Assembly: GCA_965656495.1 (NCBI GenBank)
Contig: CBFHKU010000012.1
Span: 1 to 47,712, forward strand
Reading direction: 5' to 3'
From: Coraliomargaritaceae bacterium
Lineage (GTDB): Bacteria; Verrucomicrobiota; Verrucomicrobiia; Opitutales; Coraliomargaritaceae
Length of the DNA stretch: 47,712 nucleotides
The number at the start of each line of letters is the position of its first letter. Positions within the stretch are counted from its first letter, which is position 1. Made by a program: the position numbers and the translations under genes. Positions 43,736-47,712 of the stretch are shown in pieces. Under the pieces are notes generated by a model. It had not been told where the DNA came from, did not search any database, and saw nothing but the letters and a program-made list of their open reading frames with translations.

Positions 43736-44787
43736 ACGATTTCCTTTCGTCTGGCATTAATGAGCAGGTAAAGGAAGAAAGGCGCCCCGATGAAGGCGGT
43801 CAAAATACCGATGGGGATGTTGGCGTTGCTAAACAGGTTGTGTGCAAGGACATCGACGATTACCATCAGGATGGCACCCGCAAAAAATGAAGCAGGTAAG
43901 AGGTAGCGGTGATTGGGGCCAACAAATAGGCGAACGAGGTGCGGGATGACGAGACCGACAAAAGCAATTGACCCGCAGAGTGCGACCGAGAGACCCACCA
44001 GTGCGCCGCAAAGCAGGATGAGGCGGCGTTGAATCGGGTGGGGATCAAATCCGAGGTGGAGCGCCTCCGCGTTACCCAGGAGGAGCACATTGAGGGGATG
44101 GCTTTGGCGCAGAAGTAGCAGTATGAGCAGGACAAAGAGGGGGCTGGCGGCAAAGACTGCGAGATGTGGTGCCCGGGAAAAACTCCCCATCCCCCAAAAG
44201 GTGATTTCGCGAAGGGTGTCGAGGTCGGCGCAAAAAAGCATGACCCCGACCAGCGCGCCACCGAAGGCGTTGACCGCGATGCCGCACAAGAGCATCGTCG
44301 GGACGTGAATGCGCCCCCCGGTTTTGGAGAGGCTGTAAACCAGTTGGGTGCTTGCGACGCTACCTAGCATCGCCACCAGCATGAGGGTGTAGGGACTGCT
44401 CCAGATGGCGGGCGTGAAAGATAGGGTCGAACCGAGGAGGAGTACCAGACCTGCGCCCACCGCACCCCCGGAACTTACCCCGATCAAAGCGGGGTCGGCG
44501 AGGGGATTGCGAAAGAGCCCCTGCAGGGTCGCCCCGGCGAGCGCCAGACCACCGCCCGCAAGGAGGGCGAGCAGAACGCGGGGCAATCGCAGTTGAAGGA
44601 TGATGGTCGCCTTTTCCGGAGCGGGATCGCCCAGACCCAGCAAGGAAGCGAGCGAACCGAGGCAGATCGAAAGAATTTCTCCCGGCGGGATGTCGATGCT
44701 TCCAAAATTCAAGGCCGCGAAGCTACATGCCAGCGTGGCAAGCAAGAGAATCGCTACAAAAGAGCGGCGGTATTGTTTTGGAATCAT
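43732..44787 (-). CDS. hmuU: FecCD/HmuU-family ABC permease
   Basis: LRLPRVLL, QGLFRNPLADP..IGVSSG, EALHLG, IAFVGLVIPH, IPIGILTAFIGAPFF. Confidence 0.85.
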   Translation of the reverse strand: MIPKQYRRSFVAILLLATLACSFAALNFGSIDIPPGEILSICLGSLASLLGLGDPAPEKATIILQLRLPRVLLALLAGGGLALAGATLQGLFRNPLADPALIGVSSGGAVGAGLVLLLGSTLSFTPAIWSSPYTLMLVAMLGSVASTQLVYSLSKTGGRIHVPTMLLCGIAVNAFGGALVGVMLFCADLDTLREITFWGMGSFSRAPHLAVFAASPLFVLLILLLLRQSHPLNVLLLGNAEALHLGFDPHPIQRRLILLCGALVGLSVALCGSIAFVGLVIPHLVRLFVGPNHRYLLPASFFAGAILMVIVDVLAHNLFSNANIPIGILTAFIGAPFFLYLLINARRKEIV

Positions 44788-44870
44788 GAACCCGATCAAT
44801 CTGTGAGCCCTTTTCGATCCTGTCGATATACATTTGCTTGGAGGACAGGGGACCGTTTAATACAGCACAA

Positions 44871-45509
44871 ATGCACAATGGTATTCAGGTAAAAGTCTGC
44901 GGCCTAACCCGCGAGGTCGATGTCGAGGCCGCTCTCAGTCACGGCGCGGATGCCTTTGGTTTTATTGCATACCCGGATTCCCCGAGGGCAGTCACTTTGG
45001 AGCGGGCTCAAGCCCTGGCAACAGCGCTTCCGCTGGAACAATGCGTGATCGTCGATGTTGAGCCGGAGCTTGAAAAAATTCGGGCCTTTCAATCGGCGGG
45101 CTTCACGCGTTTTCAAATACATGCCAGCTTGCAGAGTATTGAAAGTGAACTCGCGGGTTGGTTGGAGTCAGTCGGTCGCGAGTCCTTGTGGATTGCGCCG
45201 CGCCTCCCCAGGGGTGCTGCCTTGCCGGAAATAATCCTGCATCATGCCGCCGCGGTTTTAATCGATACCTACTCGGAAGAAAAAGCGGGGGGCACGGGTG
45301 CGACCGGAGATTGGACCCGCTTTTCAGCACTACAGAAGGCCTATCCTGAAACAAGCTTCATCCTCGCGGGAGGACTGTCTCCCGAAAACATTGCCGCTGC
45401 GCTGGAAGAAAGCGAAGCCCGTTTTCTGGACGTCAATAGCGGGGTGGAATCTGCGCCGGGCGTGAAGGATCCTGCGAGGTTGGCGGCGTTTTTCAGCGCG
45501 CTTCAATAA
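44871..45509 (+). CDS. trpF: Phosphoribosylanthranilate isomerase
   Basis: VKVCGLT, SPRAV, GGTG, LAGGLSPEN, DVNSGVESAPGVKD. Confidence 0.94.
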   Translation: MHNGIQVKVCGLTREVDVEAALSHGADAFGFIAYPDSPRAVTLERAQALATALPLEQCVIVDVEPELEKIRAFQSAGFTRFQIHASLQSIESELAGWLESVGRESLWIAPRLPRGAALPEIILHHAAAVLIDTYSEEKAGGTGATGDWTRFSALQKAYPETSFILAGGLSPENIAAALEESEARFLDVNSGVESAPGVKDPARLAAFFSALQ

Positions 45510-45582
45510 GCTCGGATTTTCCCGATTGGCGCGGCCAAGCCCGCGCAATTATTGCCGTGGTGCCTATTTTTTCAGTAATAGG

Positions 45583-45641
45583 TTGACAGCAGGTATATTG
45601 AGACTCAGTTTCAATTATTCTTACTGAGAATGAGTCACATT
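45583..45641 (+). promoter_or_regulatory. Putative promoter with two Fur-like 9-1-9 inverted boxes upstream of TonB-dependent receptor
   Basis: TTGACA at 45583; ATTGAGACT-C-AGTTTCAAT (45597-45615, 1 mismatch) and ACTGAGAAT-G-AGTCACATT (45623-45641). Confidence 0.65.
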
Positions 45642-45675
45642 TACAGCAAATCTCAGTCATTCGCATCCGTTATAA

Positions 45676-47712
45676 ATGAAAAATTATAAGTCAGTTGTTA
45701 AATCTATCATCACTACCTTGCTTGGATCGTTCCAAGCGATTGCTTTTGCAAATGAGAGGGGTGCGGATGAAGTTTATGTATTAAACGATTTTGTCGTAAT
45801 GGGATCCTCCCTCTACAAGGATGAAGTCAATGCATTGAAAAGCCCAACACCCATCATTGAGGTTCCGCAGAGTTTGACGATTCTTAGTTCCGACCTGATC
45901 TCGCAGCAGGGCTTCGACAGTATCAGTGACATTGTTGAATACACTCCCGGGATCAATACATCGCAGGGTGAAGGTCACCGCGATGCGGTCGTGTTTAGGG
46001 GGGTACGCTCGACGGCTGACTTTTTTGTGGATGGGGTACGCGACGATGTTCAATACTACCGTCCGCTTTATAATGTGGAGCGTATTGAGATTTTACGCGG
46101 CCCGAATGCGATGTTTTTTGGACGGGGCGGAACCGGTGGGGTGTTGAATCGCGTCATGAAGAAAGCTGCGATTGGTGAAAACTTTAATACCTACGAGTTA
46201 TCCTATAGTACTTTTAACAGCGCTACCGCACAGTTCGATAGTAACCTCGCTTTGGGCGAGTCAGTTGCCTTTCGGGTAAACATTTTTAATAATGATTTGG
46301 GCGGCCACCGGGATTTCTTCTATGCGAATGAGTATGGAATCAACCCGACTGCGAAATTCCTACTGAGCGAAAATGCGGTACTCGATTTGTCCTATGAATT
46401 TTTGGACACCGAGCGTTTTATTGATCGTGGTATTCCAACTTCCAGCACTACGAATGAACCGGTGGAAGCGTTCAAGGATATTGTATTTGGTGATGATCAG
46501 GATAATTTTTCGAAACTCAGAGCCCATGTTTACAAAGCTTCATTGGAGAATAATTACTCAGACGTTCTTAAAACCAGATTGAACATAACGTATAACGATT
46601 TCGATAAGCTCTATCAAAACGTATACCCCAACGCTCAAGCCGAGGCGACCGATCTGACCATTCCTCTGGGTGGATACATCGATACAACAAAAAGGAGCAG
46701 CCTCATCGTATCAGCTGATCTGATTGCTGAATTGGATCTGCTCGGAATGCAGCACACCTTGATTGCCGGCCTTGAATCGATCCGAACCAACAATGATAAT
46801 ACCCGGAACAATGCTTCGTTTGCCAATGAGTTTACCATACAGCGACCCATTGCATTAAGTGGAGGGGTTGGAAGTGATAGCGTAGGAGCAGTGACCAATG
46901 ACTTCGACACCTTTGGTGATAATACCAGCAATGATGTGTCCGTTCTGGCACTTTATCTAAATGACGAGATTGATCTCACCGATTCACTCAGCCTGGTTCT
47001 GGGTTTGCGATTGGATGATATTGACCAGAATTCGATCAAGTATGATGCCAATGGCGATGTTTCAGAGGCCGTAGATCGAAATGACAGCGTGGCTACACCA
47101 CGATTGGGCTTTGTCTATAAGCCCAAGGTAAACCTTACCTTCTATGCAAGCTACAGTGAAGCGTATCAGCTCAAGAGTGGTGACGAACAATATGCGACCG
47201 CCTCGAACACCAATTTAGACCCGAATTTCTATGAGAACACCGAGGTGGGCTTGAAATTTGATTTCAACCAAAACTTGGGCATGACGGCAGCGCTGTTTGA
47301 AATCGATGCCATTCAGCAGGAAAATTATACTGGATCAAACAACGGGGCGCTCGTGCGTGATGTGAAGGGCGAGATCAGCGGCTATGAATTACAGCTACAG
47401 GGTCAACTTACCAATAATTGGTTTTTGATTGCTGGATACAGTCATCTTGAGGGTAAGGATAGTAAAGGTGCTAATCTCAGAGAAATACCCGAAACAATGT
47501 TTTCTGTTTGGAATAAGTATATCCTCAATGACCAGTTAAGCCTTGGCTTGGGTATGACGCATCAGGCTGAGAGTCTCACCAGCACAGGAGGCACCGCATA
47601 TCTGCCTGCTTTCACCCGGGTTGATGCCGCCATTTATTACAAGCTCTCTGATAAGTTAAAGCTACAGCTCAATATCGAGAATCTCACGGACGAGCTTTAT
47701 TACCCGAATGCG
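45676..47712 (+). CDS. TonB-dependent siderophore receptor (Fiu/PiuA-like), 3'-truncated; absent from ORF track because no stop in window
   Basis: Hand translation MKNYKSVV... signal peptide; EVPQSLTI, GEGHRDAVVFRG, DFFVDGVRD..QYYRPLYNVERIEILRGP..GRGGTGGVLNRV plug; window ends in frame at LNIENLTDELYYPNA. Confidence 0.92.
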   Translation, partial: MKNYKSVVKSIITTLLGSFQAIAFANERGADEVYVLNDFVVMGSSLYKDEVNALKSPTPIIEVPQSLTILSSDLISQQGFDSISDIVEYTPGINTSQGEGHRDAVVFRGVRSTADFFVDGVRDDVQYYRPLYNVERIEILRGPNAMFFGRGGTGGVLNRVMKKAAIGENFNTYELSYSTFNSATAQFDSNLALGESVAFRVNIFNNDLGGHRDFFYANEYGINPTAKFLLSENAVLDLSYEFLDTERFIDRGIPTSSTTNEPVEAFKDIVFGDDQDNFSKLRAHVYKASLENNYSDVLKTRLNITYNDFDKLYQNVYPNAQAEATDLTIPLGGYIDTTKRSSLIVSADLIAELDLLGMQHTLIAGLESIRTNNDNTRNNASFANEFTIQRPIALSGGVGSDSVGAVTNDFDTFGDNTSNDVSVLALYLNDEIDLTDSLSLVLGLRLDDIDQNSIKYDANGDVSEAVDRNDSVATPRLGFVYKPKVNLTFYASYSEAYQLKSGDEQYATASNTNLDPNFYENTEVGLKFDFNQNLGMTAALFEIDAIQQENYTGSNNGALVRDVKGEISGYELQLQGQLTNNWFLIAGYSHLEGKDSKGANLREIPETMFSVWNKYILNDQLSLGLGMTHQAESLTSTGGTAYLPAFTRVDAAIYYKLSDKLKLQLNIENLTDELYYPNA

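Overview
A ~47.7-kb chromosomal window, most likely from a Verrucomicrobiota (Opitutales-like) bacterium. This is inferred from a PVC-signature small basic protein, a Verrucomicrobia/Planctomycetes-restricted protein, PEP-CTERM proteins and an exosortase. 1-8.7 kb holds an alternative complex III operon (actB partial, actCDEF, actG-like) running directly into a cbb3-type oxidase (ccoS-like, ccoN, ccoO, monoheme ccoP-like). 8.7-11.8 kb holds a PEP-CTERM metallopeptidase and two repeat-packed intergenic regions flanking a SurA/PpiC gene. The two regions share a ~180-bp direct repeat with stacked hairpins, GTAG/GTGG REP pairs and 6/7/8-nt periodic repeats in inverted arrangement. The + strand switches from C-rich to G-rich at this point. 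11.8-45.5 kb is mostly housekeeping: mfd, rnc, PIN-PhoH, a glycosyltransferase, ABC-F, rph, metG, polA, rnr, ybeY, a 7TM-HD protein, phoH, HIT, xrt, glgA, hmuUV-like genes and trpF. Embedded in it are a low-GC PEP-CTERM islet, a very short Mini-III-like RNase III domain protein and an in-frame fusion of a Fluc/CrcB fluoride-channel subunit to phosphatidylserine decarboxylase. The window ends inside a TonB-dependent receptor preceded by Fur-like boxes. No rRNA, tRNA, CRISPR array or transposase was seen. All family calls come from motif recognition by eye; no database search was run.
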